Source of the DNA: Anolis carolinensis
Lineage: Eukaryota
Length of the DNA: 64,000 nt
Direction of reading: 5' to 3'
NCBI RefSeq assembly: GCF_035594765.1
Contig: NW_026943825.1
Span: forward strand, 1,364,001 to 1,428,000
Shown here: positions 50,514-64,000 of the stretch, piece by piece
Layout of the letters: every line of letters begins with the position of its first letter
Position numbering within the stretch: position 1 is the first letter of the stretch
Notes under the pieces: model-generated
The model's database searches: none
What the model was told of the DNA's origin: nothing
The model's input: only the letters and a program-made list of their open reading frames with translations
Position numbers and translations under genes: made by a program

Positions 50514-50969
50514 TGTTCCCTTGTGTCCTAGTCTGCAGGGCAGCAGAAAACAATCCTGCTCCCTCTTCCCTATGACTTCCCCTCACATATTTGTACATGG
50601 CTCTCATGTCTCCTCTCAGCCTTCTCTTCTGCAGGCTAAACATGCCCAGCTCTTTAAGCCGCTCCTCATAGGGCTTGTTCTCCAGACCCTTAATCATTTT
50701 GGTCACCCTTCTCTGGACGCTTTCCAGCTTGTCAACATCTCCCTTCAACTGCGGTGCCCAAAATTGGACACAGTGGGATTCCAGGTGTGGTCTGACCAAG
50801 GCAGACCAGACCTTCATCCCCTTCTTCCTCCTTCCCTCTCTTCCTGCTCCCATCCCAGCCTTCTCCTCTTCCTTCTCTTCCTCTCTTTCTGCTCCTATGC
50901 CACTCTTCTCTTCTTCCTCCTTCTCCTCTTCCTCCTTCTCCCTCTTCCTGCTCCCATCCCAGCCTTCTG

Positions 50970-51540
50970 GAGTTTATATATCTGTAGAATGTTCAGGGTG
51001 GAAGAAAGAATTCTTGTCTGTCTGAGGCAAGTGTGAAACAATCAGGGCCAGCTAACACCTCCCAACAAAGGAGTCCCCCAGGCAGAGTCCTAAAGTGCCA
51101 CCGCCTTCCATGCCAGGACAGGGAGAGGAACAGTTTGACAGTTGGGTTGCGGTGAGTATTTTGGACTGTGTGGCCATGTTCCAGAAGCATTCTCTCCTGA
51201 TGTTTCACCCACATCTATGGCAGGCATCCTCAGAGGTTGTGAGGTCTGTTTGGAAACTAGGCAAGTGGAATATATCTGTGGAATAATGTCCAGGGTGGGA
51301 GAAAGAACTCTTGTCTGTTGGGGGCAAGTATGAATGTTGCCCTTGGCCACCTTGATTAGCACTGATTAGCCTTGCAGCTTCAAAGCCTTACTGCTTCCTG
51401 TCTGGGGGAATCCTTTGTTGGGAGGTGTTAGCTGGCCCTGATTGTTTCTTGTCTGCAATTCCCCTGTTTTCTGAGTGGTGCTCCTTATTTATTGCCCTGA
51501 TTCTAGAGTTCTTTAATACTGGTAGCCAGATTGTGTTCAT
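50970..51540 (-). mobile_element. Penelope-like element fragment with a degenerate hammerhead (51196-51236)
   Basis: Reverse complement of the 33740-34300-type sequence. Confidence 0.7.
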
Positions 51541-51586
51541 TTTGATCCGGCTTGTCCTGGATGCAAGGCCTCTCTTTCTCTTTCAG

Positions 51587-51661
51587 CGTCATCGAAAACC
51601 AAACGACTTTGATCAACCTGACACTGGAGGACATGAAGAACCCCCGAGAGCTGAAGAACCT
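51587..51661 (+). CDS. NTRK1: NTRK1 exon 2 (LRR, 75 nt)
   Basis: tttcAG|C GTC ATC GAA AAC CAA... = VIENQTTLINLTLEDMKNPRELKNL|gtgagt (human [25 protein letters not shown]); phase 2-2. Confidence 0.88.
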
Positions 51662-53164
51662 GTGAGTCTCAGTTCTGGAGGGCAGGGCGGTCCTGTTGGG
51701 CAGACCCAGTTCTTTTCCATTCCAAGTTAAGGACAAAGTATTGCTTCTTACCTTTAGGTCTACATGGTTTGGTTCCAGGTTACCATTAGGTCTCCCAGAG
51801 CATGCTTACTTCATCATCAGCTGCCCTTAGATCAGGGAATGGTTTGCTAATTGAGCTGTCAAAATCTAAGACGAGACCTATTTCTTCCGGCATGCCTCCC
51901 TTGTCTATTTTAAATGGCAAATTTTAAATTTATATTTGACTAGCTGTGCCCGGCCACGCGTTGCTGTGGCTTATGGGAATCCTTTGTTGGCCAGGTGGAA
52001 TAGCAGTGAATAGCCTTGCAGCCTCAAAGCCTGGCCGTTTTCTGGAGTAGCTGGAGCTGTTTGTTGTATGAACGTAGAGGCATGGATGAGGGGTTGTGCT
52101 GCCAAGTTTAGTGTTTCTGGGATGTGTAGTTTTGGTGGTGGTATTGGTTAAAAATTGTGTAATTTTTATTTGACGTTATTTGTATTTTTTTAATAAATTT
52201 TATTGTAAGTTATCTTTTTATTATATTTTATTATTTTCTTGTATTATTTTTAGTTATTTTCTGTTATAGTATTTTATTGTATTAATTTTTTAGTGTTTTT
52301 AATTTTTTTTTAGTGTTTTTAATTTTTTTTATTGGGTTGCTAGGAGACCAAGATGGAGGAGCTTAGCCTTCTAACTGGCAGCAATTGGATAAAAGCAATT
52401 ATTCCTCTCTCTCTCTAATTAGGACTTTATTTTTCTTTTCTTTTTGTTGTATCAACCTAGAGGCGTGGATGATGGGTTGTGTTGTCAAATTTCAAGGTTG
52501 GGGGGGCCTGTAGTTTTGTTGTTTTGTGGGTCGCCGTGATGCCATCACTCTTTTATATATATAGATTAGTATTGATGTTTTAATCACTGTTCTACGTTTT
52601 TAATCTACGTATCGCTATGGCCCTTTGATTTATCTATATTTTTGAATTATATTCTCCCTTGCCTCCAGCACCGAGGAGAGGTGAATAACGAAATTTTATC
52701 GGCATTAGTACACTATGTAACACAATTCTTGTTCCTGGGTTATAAATGTCATTTCCTAATTGGTTCTATCATAAAATCATGGAAAACGTTTATCAAACTC
52801 AAACACTGCAAACACAACCTGCAGCACATTTTGCTCTGGTTTTTCAATGAATCCCTCATTGAGTCTCAACCAATTCAACAGAATTTGTGGCAGCCACAAA
52901 AACAAAGTTTCTAGAGTAGAACAGGCACTTTCAAAGTAAGGACTGCACAATTAAACAGGAAATAACACTTTCCAATCCAATAAGCTTTTATATCAGTGTA
53001 AACTGCAAAGTATATCACACAATAAAACAATAAAAAAACTTCACGTTTGGTGAATATTCAATTCAATAACACTTTCAAATCAGGAACAGATTTTTTTCAA
53101 ATGTTGCTACATAGTGTTAATAATAATAAGAGTATAGGAGAAAACATTTACCATATGCAGTTTT

Positions 53165-53935
53165 TTTAACAACAACAACTCTTTATTGATTAGTCAATTT
53201 TGATCATATCAAAACATGTGTGACATACAAAACGTACACACTTACCCATACATACAGTAAAACCATGTATAGATACAAAGCATCCTGGCCTACTAGCCTA
53301 CCAACCCACTCCTAGGTAGTTGTGCAAATACAGAATTAAAAAATTAAAATTAAAATTAATTATTCCCTTAAGGTAAGGTTTAAGCGGGGGCAAGGGTACG
53401 TAAAACTAGTGGCTTGTCCATAGTAAATTTTAAGTTTGGATTTTGTTAATGGCAATCATGTATCAACTCTCCGCTTCCATCTTCTTGCGGATGGCCAGCG
53501 CTTTTTGCGTAAAAAGGGTCAGTTTTAAAATAGAGTTTTTGTCTGAACCCTGTAGAAGGATGTACAATTTCTCCTTATTCTCTAAACAAGTCTGGTTCTC
53601 CAGCAGAGGCTCTAAATAGAAAGATTGAATCCTGTTATAATCGGGGCATTTTAAGAATAAGTGTTCTGAGTCCTCCACTTCTGCAACAACCTCACGGCAC
53701 CCATGGGTTCTCTTCGGATAGGGGATATTCTGATGTCTACCTAGCTTAGACTTAATGTCGAGTTGCTCGAATCTAGCCCGGGTAAAAAGTTTTCTAATAT
53801 ATAGTGGAAGTGTAAAAAAGAGGTAGGTTTCCATGCCCACATTCCATTTAAATTTAGCCAGGTATGGAGTGGCTCTAGCTTGCACTATGATCATAAGATC
53901 ATTTTGTGCAGCAATGTCAAGGGCTCTTTGGTAAA
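53165..53935 (-). mobile_element. Non-LTR retrotransposon 3' end (RTEX-like)
   Basis: FTRARFEQL...GRHQNIP...EDSEHLFLKCPDY C-terminal zinc-knuckle region; AATAAA and A tail on the minus strand. Confidence 0.55.
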
Positions 53936-54139
53936 CAATTGGTAATATTACATTTAATATATAATATATAATTAATATTATATTGTATTATTAATTAGTA
54001 TAATATTGTATTACATTATAGTATTATTATCAATATTATAAGTACATACAATATATTGTATATTTATAAATTATTTGTATATAAAATTAGCATAGCATGT
54101 TGCTATGGCACAGGAGACAAGATGGAACTATCTTCCAGG

Positions 54140-54666
54140 TGAAAGCCACACCCAAATACCACTTCTCAACATAGTCGCCATTCAAATCTAGGCACTTCTC
54201 ATAGCAATGAATGAGCTTGGCAACTCCTTCCCCACAAAACTCGGTCACTTGCATTCTCAACCAGCCGGTCAACCCTTCACGCAGCTGCACATCGTTGCCA
54301 AAACGCTGAATTGAGGATGCAAGCGGCAGAGTTTTGTGGGGAAGGAGTTGCCAAGCTCCTTCATCATTATGATAAGTGCCTAGATTTGAATAGCGACTGT
54401 GTTGAGAAGTGGTATTTGGGTGTGGCTTTCAACTGCATATGGTAAATGTTTTCTCCTATACTTTTTGAGGACGCAAGCGACAGAGTTTTGTGGGGAAGGA
54501 GTTTCCAAGCTCATTCATCACTATGATAAGTGCCTAGATTTGAATGGCGACCATGTTGAGAAGTGGTATTTGGCTGTGGTTTTCAACTGCATATGGTAAT
54601 TGTTTTCTCCTATACTTTGTTCATTTTAAATTCCAAAACGTAATCTACTTTCTGGATAACCCTCGT
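54140..54666. mobile_element. Mariner-derived foldback element
   Basis: Inverted arms of the transposase C-terminal sequence (KCLDLNGDYVEK); ends ggataaccctcgTA. Confidence 0.75.
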
Positions 54667-54850
54667 ATTTCTAGCACCCACTTTTTCTTTGATACTCAAG
54701 CAGTGCTCCTTATAAGTCAGAGAATGATCCAGAGTGACTCCCAAGTATGTTGTTGTGCTGCAATGCTCCAGTGGGATTCCTTCCCAGGTCATCCTCAGAG
54801 CTTGAGATACTTGCCTGTTCTTAAGAGGAAAAGCACACATCTGCATTTTA
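54667..54850 (-). mobile_element. Vingi/Ingi-like LINE RT fragment
   Basis: TWEGIPLEHC...YLGVTLDHSLTYKEHC...KVGARN. Confidence 0.6.
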
Positions 54851-55108
54851 GATGGATTAGAAATCAGCTGGTTTTCCCTGTAATGATGTATCTCTCACAC
54901 ATTAAGCCTAAAAATTGCCAAAACGCTGAATTGAGGACGCAAGCGGCAGAGTTTTGTGGGGAAGGAGTTGCTCATTGGAACAGCCAGCCGCCCTCGCCCT
55001 TGTCATGCTCAGATTGTTTAGGTGCTCTTTATGCTTTTACTATATGGGAGAGGATGGAGGCCGGGCTCTTGTATGTGTCGAAAGGTTTGCTTTGGTTTGT
55101 TTTGGCAG

Positions 55109-55180
55109 GACCATCTCCAAGACTCGCCTGCAGTTCATTGCTCCGGATGCTTTCCGAGCCAGCCCCAACCTGACTCATGT
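55109..55180 (+). CDS. NTRK1: NTRK1 exon 3 (LRR, 72 nt)
   Basis: ttggcAG|G ACC ATC... = TISKTRLQFIAPDAFRASPNLTHV|gtaagt (human [24 protein letters not shown]); phase 2-2. Exon 4 was not found in the window. Confidence 0.88.
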
Positions 55181-55769
55181 GTAAGTTGCCGTAATATTGG
55201 GATGGTGGTTGGGTTGGGATGGGATGCACTGAATTCTCATTTGCCGGACCGGAAATCCCCGCTACTCCTGGGATCCAGGCCTTCTCCGTCGTGGCCCCCC
55301 GGCTTTGGAACTCGCTCCCCAGGGAGATTAGGCAGGCCCCCACCCTTCTTTCATTTCGGAAGAGCCTGAAAACGTGGCTCTTCCAGAAGGCCTTTGATGA
55401 TTGATCCTTGTAGGATCGAATTATTTGACTATTAAGCAATAGACCTTCAGGTATGCTTTCTCAGGATTACACTTAGCACTTTAGCACTATACCGGCTGTG
55501 TAATTACCCCTCCCTGATGACTTGACATTTTTTCTGCACCTTGGCCCAGATCTTTTGATCCAACTCATGATTTTAACATTATTTTGTATATTGACCTTTT
55601 ATGACTGTTTTTATCCATGTTGATGTTTTATTGTTGGCTGATTTGTTTATTGGTTTTGTTTTGATTTTGTGCTGTTGTGTTCGGGCATGGCCCCATGGAA
55701 GCCGCCTCGAGTCCCTTCGGGGAGATGGGGCGGGGTATAAGAATAAAGTTGTTATTATTATTATTTTAT

Positions 55770-55897
55770 TATGACACAGCAAACAAGATAGATATGCTGG
55801 ATTTCGTATCACAAAATCACAAGTCGAACACTTCCCAAGTGTCTAGGACTGTGTGATGTATTCTCGGATGATGCGTGCCGATCCCAGAAGGATGAAC

Positions 55898-55945
<48 letters not shown>

Positions 55946-56660
55946 TTATTATGACACAGCAAACAAGATAGACATGCTGGATTTCGTATCACAAAATCAC
56001 AAGTCGAACTCTTCCCAAGTGTCTAGGACTGTGTGATGTATTTTCGGATGATGCGCGCAGATCCCAGCAGGGTGGCCTTTTGCAGCTGGCAGATCGTAAT
56101 TTTATCAATGTCTATTGTTTCCAAATGCCGGCTGAGATCTTTTGGCACGGCACCCAGTGTGCCCATCACCACCGGGACCACCTGCACTGGTTTCTGCCAG
56201 AGTCTTTGCAGTTCAATCTTGAGGTCCTGAGAGCGGCTGAGTTTTTCCTGTTGTTTTTCGTCAATGTGACTGTCACCTGGGATGGCGACATCAATGATCC
56301 AAACCTTTTTCTTTTCCACAACTGTGATGTCTGGTGTGTTGTGTTCCAGAACTTTGTCAGTCTGGATTCGGAAGTCCCACAGTATCTTTGCGTGCTCATT
56401 TTCCAATACTTTTGCAGGTTTGTGATCCCACCAGTTCTTTGCTGCTGGGAGGTGGGACTTGAGGCATAAGTTCCAATGAATCATTTGGGCCACATAGTTG
56501 TGCCTCTGTTTGTAGTCTGTCTGTGCAATTTTCTTACAGCAGCTGAGGATATAATCCATGGTTTCGTCAGTTTCCTTGCACAGTCTGCATTTTGGGTCAT
56601 CAGCTGATTTTTCAATCTTGGCCTCAATTGCATTTGTTCTGATGGCTTGCTCTTGGGCTG

Positions 56661-56662
<2 letters not shown>
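55770..56662 (-). mobile_element. R4/Dong-clade LINE 3' end plus duplicated tail
   Basis: CRLCKE...ILSCC and endonuclease domain; flanked by (TTA)n. Confidence 0.88.
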
Positions 56663-56708
<46 letters not shown>

Positions 56709-58399
56709 CCCCACCTGCAAAGGGCACAAGGTGAAGGACCGGGTGGGGAGGGTCGTCTTGGCTGGGCGGTGGGCTTTTCTCCCCGTCTTTGCCCCTGGAA
56801 AGTGTAGCCACTCAATGCCTGCCTTCTGGACTGCTGTTGTCCTCCTCTTTCTCCCCACATCTCATGGGGCTCGAGGGAGGAATTGATCGGGAGCAGCTGT
56901 CCCTTGCAGTGAAATTGATGCAGAATTGGAGCAGAAATCCATCCCGTGGCAGCTCAGTTGGGGCTCCAGGCAGAGGAGCCTTGGTTGGGTTGGGAGGGAG
57001 GAAAAAGACAGGGGAAAATACAGCACCCCAGCCCAGGAGTGCTGTGTTTTTTATTTGGGTTTTGTATTTGGTTCGGCAGACCCATCGTGGTGCAATCAAG
57101 GTTTGGTATCTCCTTCCAGAGAGATTAGCAAAGATGTACAATTGCACCGCCGACAAATGTTGGAAATGTGGGAAAGAAAAAAAGCACATTTTTTACCACC
57201 TGTGTTGATCATGCAACAAAGTAAACAACTACCGAAACAGATTCATGTACATCTAGAAAAAATATTACCATATATACTCAAGTATAAGCCGACCCGAATA
57301 TAAGCCGAGGCACCTAATTTTATTTATTTATTAATATATTACAATATTTATATCCCACCCTTCCCACCCAACAGGGGACTCAGGGTGGCTTACAATAAAA
57401 TGCATATATAAAAAATTATACAGTACAATATAAATCAGTTAAAAAATTATAACTGATAAAAACACATTATAAAATGTACAGTGTAGATATGTGAGATTAG
57501 ATTACACATTATAAGATAAAACACATTATAAAATATAGGTAGACGTGTTCAGTTCAAAAAAAAAAACTGGGTCTGTCGACTGAGTTCAGCGTAAATGATA
57601 ATAATTAACGCTGCCAATTATTATTCAAAAGCCTGGTCCCATAACCAAGTTTTACCACAAAAAAAAATTTACCACAAAAAAACTGGGATAACTTATTGAC
57701 TCGAGTATAAGATGAGGGTGGGAAATGCAGCAGCTATTGGCAAATTTCAAAAATAAAAATTAAAAATAGATACAGTAGAGTCTCACTTATCCAACACTCG
57801 CTTATCCAACGTTCTGGATTATCCAACGCATTTTTGTAGTCAATGTTTTCAATACATTGTGATATTTTTGATGCTCAATTTGTAAATACAGTAATTACTG
57901 CATAGCATTACTGCGTATTGAACTACTTTTTTTGTCAAATTTGTTGTAGAACATGATGTTTTGTTGCTTAATTTGTAAAATCATAATCTAATTTGATGTT
58001 TAATAGGCTTTTCCTTAATGTCTCCTTATTATCCAACGTTCTGGATTATCCAACGCATTTTTGTAGTCAATGTTTTCAATACATCGTGATATTTTGGTGC
58101 TAAATTTGTAAATACAGTAATTACTACATAGCATTACTGCATATTGAACTACTTTTTCTGTCAAATTTGTTGTCTAACATGATGTTTTGGTGCTTAATTT
58201 GTAAAATCATAACCTAATTTGATGTTTAATAGGCTTTTCCTTAACCCCTCCTTATTATCCAGCATATTTGCTTATGCAACGCTCTGCCGGCCCATTTATG
58301 TTGGATAAGTGAGACTCTACTGTACTAATAAAATATTAAAATATTTGAGGCATCAATAGGTTAAATGTTTTTGAATGTTTACATAAAATTGTAATTTAC

Positions 58400-58436
<37 letters not shown>

Positions 58437-58916
58437 TAATAAGATAAGACTTTCCAACTCTGATTACTATATACTTGAGTATAAGCCGGCCCAAATATAA
58501 GCCAGCCAGGACCCTCACTCAAGTATAAGCTGAGGGGAGCTTGTTCAGTCCTGAAAAAGGGCTGAAAAACTAGGCTTATACTCGAGTATATACAGTAGAT
58601 GAAAAGTATTGCACTGTGTGCAACAAACACTCGCAAATGTATGTATATTTGAATGAATGTTTTTTTTTCGTGTCAGGAGCAACTGGAGTTGCTTCTGGAG
58701 TGAGAGAATTGGCCGTCTGCAAGGACGTTGCCCAGGGGACATTGCCCGGATGTTTTGATGTTTTACCATCCTTGTGGGAGGCTTCTCTCATGTCCCCGCA
58801 TGGAGCTGGAGCTGAGAGAGGGAGCTCATCCGCACTCTCCCCGGGTGGGATTCGAACCTGGCAGCCTTCAGGTCAGCAACCCAACCTTCAAGTCACAAGG
58901 CTTTTATCCCCTAGGC

Positions 58917-59078
58917 CAGGGGTCCCCAAACTTTTTAAACGGGGGGCCAGTACATGATCCTTTGGACCGTTGGAGGGCCGGACTATAGTTGGCCACCGAG
59001 CAATAATAATAACAACAACAACAACAACAAAGAACAACGACAACAAAAAAGAGGGTTGGAATTAATAATAATGTAGTT

Positions 59079-59116
<38 letters not shown>

Positions 59117-59222
59117 GAGGGTTGGAAGAGACCCCTTGGGCCAATGAGTCCAACCCGCTTCTGCCTTTGTGCACCAAAAGCACAAGCAAAGCACCCCTGA
59201 CAGATGGCCACCCTGCCTCAAC

Positions 59223-59277
<55 letters not shown>

Positions 59278-59564
59278 TAATAATAATAATAATAATAATA
59301 ATAAGGCTTGGATGAGACCCCTTGGGCCATTGAGTCCAACCCCCCTTCTGCCTTTGTGCGCCAAAAGCACAAACAAAGCACCCCTGACAGATGGCCACCC
59401 AGCTTCAATGTTGTTAATAATAATAATAATAATAATATAGTAGTAGTAGTAGTAATAAGGAGGGTTGGAAGAGACCCCTTGGGCCATGTAGTCCAACCCC
59501 TTCTGCCTTTGTGCACCAAAAGCACAAACAAAGCACACCTGACAGATGGCCTCCCAGCCTCAAT

Positions 59565-59607
<43 letters not shown>

Positions 59608-59751
59608 TAGTAGTAATAGTAGTAGTAGTAGTAGTAGTAATAATAAAGAGGGTTGGAAGAGACCCTTTGGGCCATTGAGTCCAATCCCTTCTGCTTTTGA
59701 GCACCAAAAGCACAAACAAAGCACCCCTGACAGATGGCCACCAGCCTCAAT

Positions 59752-59816
<65 letters not shown>

Positions 59817-59946
59817 GGGTTTTAAGAGAAGAAGAGACCCCTTGGGTCATTTAGCCCAATCCCCTTCTGTCCTTGTGCCATGGGGGCCGGATAAATGGCT
59901 TCGATGGGCCGCATCCGGACCCCGGGCCTTAGTTTGGGGACCCCTG
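58917..59946 (+). mobile_element. Non-autonomous hAT transposon with internal CR1-tail tandem, inserted into a SINE
   Basis: Perfect 16-bp TIR CAGGGGTCCCCAAACT/AGTTTGGGGACCCCTG; 8-bp TSD CCCTAGGC at 58909-58916 and 59947-59954; the SINE resumes after the TSD. Confidence 0.9.
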
Positions 59947-60889
59947 CCCTAGGCCATCGGAGGCTCCGTTTGAATGAATAAAATAAATAGATATTTTTTT
60001 AAAAAAATAGTGGTTTGAGCATGGGACTGGGATTCTGGAGAGCACAATCCCCACATGCAGACTCGCGCCTCTTCTCCGGCCCAGCCCTTGAAATCCCACC
60101 AGTCTTGGCTTCTCTGCTTTCCTTCCACCCCACCCTCCACGGAAGCCCCGAGGAGGGAGATTGTTCATCATGCTTAGCGCTAATGTCCCCGTCCAACACG
60201 GAGCCATCGATTGGCTCCCTCCCAGCAGAGCGCACACACCGCTGGCCTTTCCAAACCCGCGCACACGCAGTGTCCTGCCCGGTGGCTCAGCTGCGTCTGG
60301 GGCCTCTGGGCACATGGATTCATTTATCCTCTTCTCGGAGCAGCTGATGGGCACTCAGTCAAAGCAAGGCACTCCCGGCCTGTGCTTTCAGAGTCTTGGG
60401 GCCAAAAAAGAAGCAGGGATCTGGAGCTCTTTCCTCCAGGATTGTTTTTGGAGAGTAGTATTTGCAGTCATAGAAACCTTGAGTTGGAAGAGACCCCAAG
60501 GGCCATACAGTCTAACCCCCTGCTATGCAGGAATAGCCAATCAAATCACTCCAGGAAAAACTCAGCCGCTCTCAGGACCTCAAGATTGAACTTCAAAGAC
60601 TCTGGCAGAAACCAGTGCAGGTGGTCCCAGTGGTGATGGGCACACTGGGTGCCGTGCCAAAAGATCTCAGCCGGCATTTGGAAGCAATAGACATTGACAA
60701 AATTACGATCTGCCAACTGCAAAAGGCCACCTTACTGGGATCTGCACGCATCATCCGAAAATACATCACACAGTCCTAGACACTTGGGAAGTGTTCGACT
60801 TGTGATTTTGTGATACGAAATCCAGCATATCTATCTTGTTTGCTGTGTCATACAACGTCGTTGTGTCAATAATAATAATAATAATAATA

Positions 60890-61919
60890 GCCTAGAAGAT
60901 CAGGGGGCAGAGGACTCTTACAAGTCACATAAGCAGTCAAAGAAGAAGGACATGCCCTGGCAGAATATGGAAAGCAAAGTGAAGAACCTGCTTTGATTGA
61001 AGTCAAAAATCAGAAACTCCTCAAAGCACAGCAGACAAAAAACCAGTACAAGAAAGCCGCACTACAAACTAGAGCTGACAGCTGGCACAACAAAACATTG
61101 CATGGAAAGTTCCTTGACAAAACTGAAGGAAAAGCTGATAAGGAGAAGACCTGGCTCTGGCTCACGAATGGGACCCTGAAGAAGGAGGCAGAAGGCCTGA
61201 TCCTTGCAGCCCAGGAGCAAGACATCAGGACAAAGGCCATTCAGGCCAAGATCGAAAAATCAGCTGATGACCCAAAATGCAGACTCTGCAAGGAAACCGA
61301 CAAAACCATGGATCACATCCTCAGCTGCTGTAAGAAAATCGCACAGACAGACTACAAACAGAGGCACAACTATGTGGCCCAAATGATTCATTGGAACTTG
61401 TGCCTCAAGTACCACCTCCCAGCAGCAAAGAACTGGTGGGATCACAAACCTGCAAAAGTCTTGGAAAATGAGCACGCAAAGAGACTGTGGGACTTCCGAA
61501 TCCAGACTGACAAAGTTCTGGAACACAACACACCAGACATCATAGTTGTGGAAAAGAAAAAGGTTTGGATCATTGATGTCGCCATCTCAGGTGACAGTCG
61601 CATTGACGAAAAACAACAGGAAAAACTCAGCCGCTCTCAGGACCTCAAGACTGAACTTCAAAGACTCTGGCAGAAACCAGTGCAGGTGGTCCCGGTGGTG
61701 ATGGGCACACTGGGTGCCATGCCAAAAGATCTCAGCCGGCATTTGGAAACAATAGGCATTGACAAAATCACAATCTGCCAGATGCAAAAGGCCACCCAAC
61801 TGGGATCTGCACGCATCATCCGAAAATACATCACACAGTCCTAGACACTTGGGAAGTGTTCGACTTGGGATTTTGTGATATGAAATCCAGCATATCTATC
61901 TTGTTTGCTGTGTCATACA

Positions 61920-61920
<1 letters not shown>
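60890..61920 (+). mobile_element. R4/Dong-clade LINE 3' portion (283-aa ORF)
   Basis: ORF 60993-61844 with WHNKTLHG, CCHC and PD..D..K endonuclease; (AAT)n on both sides; shorter copy at 60552-60868. Confidence 0.9.
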
Positions 61921-61987
<67 letters not shown>

Positions 61988-62094
61988 CATCACACAGTCC
62001 TAGACACTTGGGAAGTGTTCGACTTGTGGTTTTGTGGTAAGAAATCCAGCATGTCTATCTTGTTTGCTGTGTCATAAAATAATAATAATAATAA

Positions 62095-62126
<32 letters not shown>

Positions 62127-62596
62127 TTATTTATACCTCGCCTCCATCTCCCCTGAAGGGGACTTGGGGCAACTTACATGGGCCAAGCCCGGATAAAAAC
62201 AACAACAATATACAATACATCAATAGACAAAAACATAAGGTAAAGGTAAAGGTTTTCCCCTGACATTAAGACCAGTCATTACCGACTCTGGAGGTTGCTG
62301 CTCATCTCCATTTCTAAGCCGAAGAGCCGGCATTGTGCCTAGACACCTCCAAGGTCATGTGACCAGCATGACTGCCTGGAGAAGGAAACAGATCAGACCT
62401 TCTGTCTCCTTCCTTCTTCAGGGTCCCATTCGTGAGCCAGAGCCAGGTCTTCTCCTGATCAGCTTTTTCTTCAATTTTGTCAAGGAACTTTCCATGCAAT
62501 GTTTTGTTGTGCCAGCTGTTAGCTCTAGTTTGTAGTGCGGTTTTCTTGTACTGGTTTTTTGTCTGCTGTGCTTTGAGGAGGAGGAGTCTTCTTCTT

Positions 62597-62625
<29 letters not shown>

Positions 62626-62656
<31 letters not shown>

Positions 62657-63031
62657 ATTGAGGTTAGGAGGCCATCTGTCAGGGGTGCTTTGCTTGTGCT
62701 TTTAGTGCACAAAGGCAGAAGGGGATTGGACTCAATGGCCCAAGGGGTCTCTTCCAATCCTCTTTATTATTATTATTATCATTATTATTAACGTTGAGGC
62801 TGGGTGGCCATCTGTCAGGTGTGCTTCCTTGTGCTTTTGGTGCACAAAGGCAGAACGGGGTTGGACTCAATGACCCAAGGCGTTTCTTCCAACCCTCTTT
62901 TATTATTATTATTATTATTAATATTAATATTAATATTATTATTATTGCTCGGTGGCCAACTATAGTCCGGCCCTCCAATGGTCTGAGGGATCATGAACTG
63001 AGCCCCTGTTTAAAAAGTTTGGGGACCCCTG
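62626..63031 (-). mobile_element. Partial second copy of the hAT element
   Basis: Reverse complement of about 58917-59400, including the TIR at 63016-63031. Confidence 0.8.
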
Positions 63032-63239
63032 GGTTAACCCATTGTGCCACCTGCCAGGTTCAAATCCCACCCGGGGAGAGCGCAGATGAGCTCCCTCTGT
63101 CAGCTCCAGCTCCATGCGGGGAGAGGAGAGAAGCCTCCCACAAGGATGGTAAAAACATCAAAACATCTGTGCTACATGCCCTGGGCAACGTCCTTGCAGA
63201 CGGCCAATTCTCTCACTCCAGAAGTGACTCACACGGAAA

Positions 63240-63240
63240 A

Positions 63241-63324
<84 letters not shown>

Positions 63325-63325
63325 A
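63240..63325. repeat. (GAAA)n microsatellite
   Basis: About 21 perfect units. Confidence 0.95.
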
Positions 63326-63894
63326 ACCTCCAGAGAAGGAGAGTCCACTGGACTGCCAGGCACCGGCAGCATATTTCACTGCTGGACAGCTCCTGCCATC
63401 AAGAAGGTCTTCCCAATGGTTTTTTTTTTTTTTGAAATATTTTTATTGGAAATTTTATATGTGAAGATAGAGAAAAAAATGAGTTAGCAAATAATAGAGC
63501 TTTCACATCGAAAGTGGGAGAACACTGATTGTTTATAGAAAGTAGGAAATGAGATAAGAGAAGAAGAAGAAAAATGTTTTGATGGAATCTCTTTTTCTAT
63601 TCCCCTTGGATTTTATCCTTTAGACTGCTTCACCATTTTATTTCCCTGTTTCCCCTTATTCCTATGTCTCTCTCTCCCGAGTTTTTAATTAAGTGTTCAT
63701 GTGGCCTGCCCTGGTTTTCATTGTTTTCTCCGATTTGTGTTGTAATATATATACGATGATTTTGCACTGTTATATTGTGTTATGATTTGCTGTTTATTTT
63801 GTTATATTGTATGGTGTCTGGGCATGGCCCCATGTAAGCCGCCCCGAGTCCCCATTGGGGAGATGGTGGCGGGGTATAAATAAAGTTTTATTAC

Positions 63895-63931
<37 letters not shown>

Positions 63932-64000
63932 TTCTGGCTATTGAAACCATTGCTCTGTTGTGTCCTAGAGCAGCTTCCTGTTGGGGTTGCTGAGAAATGA

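Noticed and set aside
47323-55180. Glycoprotein-hormone receptor or NTRK2/3 as the LRR gene
   Set aside because: IENQ and F(I/V)APDAF motifs, 75/72-nt exons and linkage to ACKR1/pentraxins fit NTRK1 best.
56710-57060. Possible NTRK1 exon 4
   Set aside because: No NLSxNxL-type LRR frame with matching splice sites was found.
58904-59952. Poly-I/L/Y/N ORFs here and elsewhere
   Set aside because: Translations of (TAA)n microsatellites.

Overview
Repeat-rich vertebrate genomic DNA, most likely a squamate such as Anolis (inferred from Sauria-SINE tails and RTE-BovB, Penelope, R4/Dong, L2 and CR1 content). It has one assembly gap (11784-11945). All recognisable genes are on the + strand: (1) the main coding exon of the atypical chemokine receptor ACKR1/Duffy (7413-8333); (2) three tandem, intact two-exon short pentraxin genes of the SAP/CRP family (15238-17734, 21319-22665, 27214-32627) with diverged calcium/ligand sites and extra cysteines; (3) coding exons 1-3 of NTRK1/TrkA (47323-55180), with the rest presumably beyond the window. 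No INSRR is visible head-to-head with NTRK1. The remainder is mostly transposon-derived: TAA-associated R4/Dong LINEs, L2, CR1, L1, Vingi, Penelope ends carrying minimal hammerhead ribozymes, tRNA-derived SINEs, Tc1/mariner MITEs, hATs and chimeric non-autonomous Helitrons. Several 70-180 bp tandem arrays, most built from TE fragments, sit next to gene 5' ends. Gene and family names come from my recall of motifs and exon structure, not from database searches. I found no clearly new biological system; the best leads are the pentraxin triplet, the synteny break at NTRK1, the intact ribozymes and the promoter-proximal arrays.
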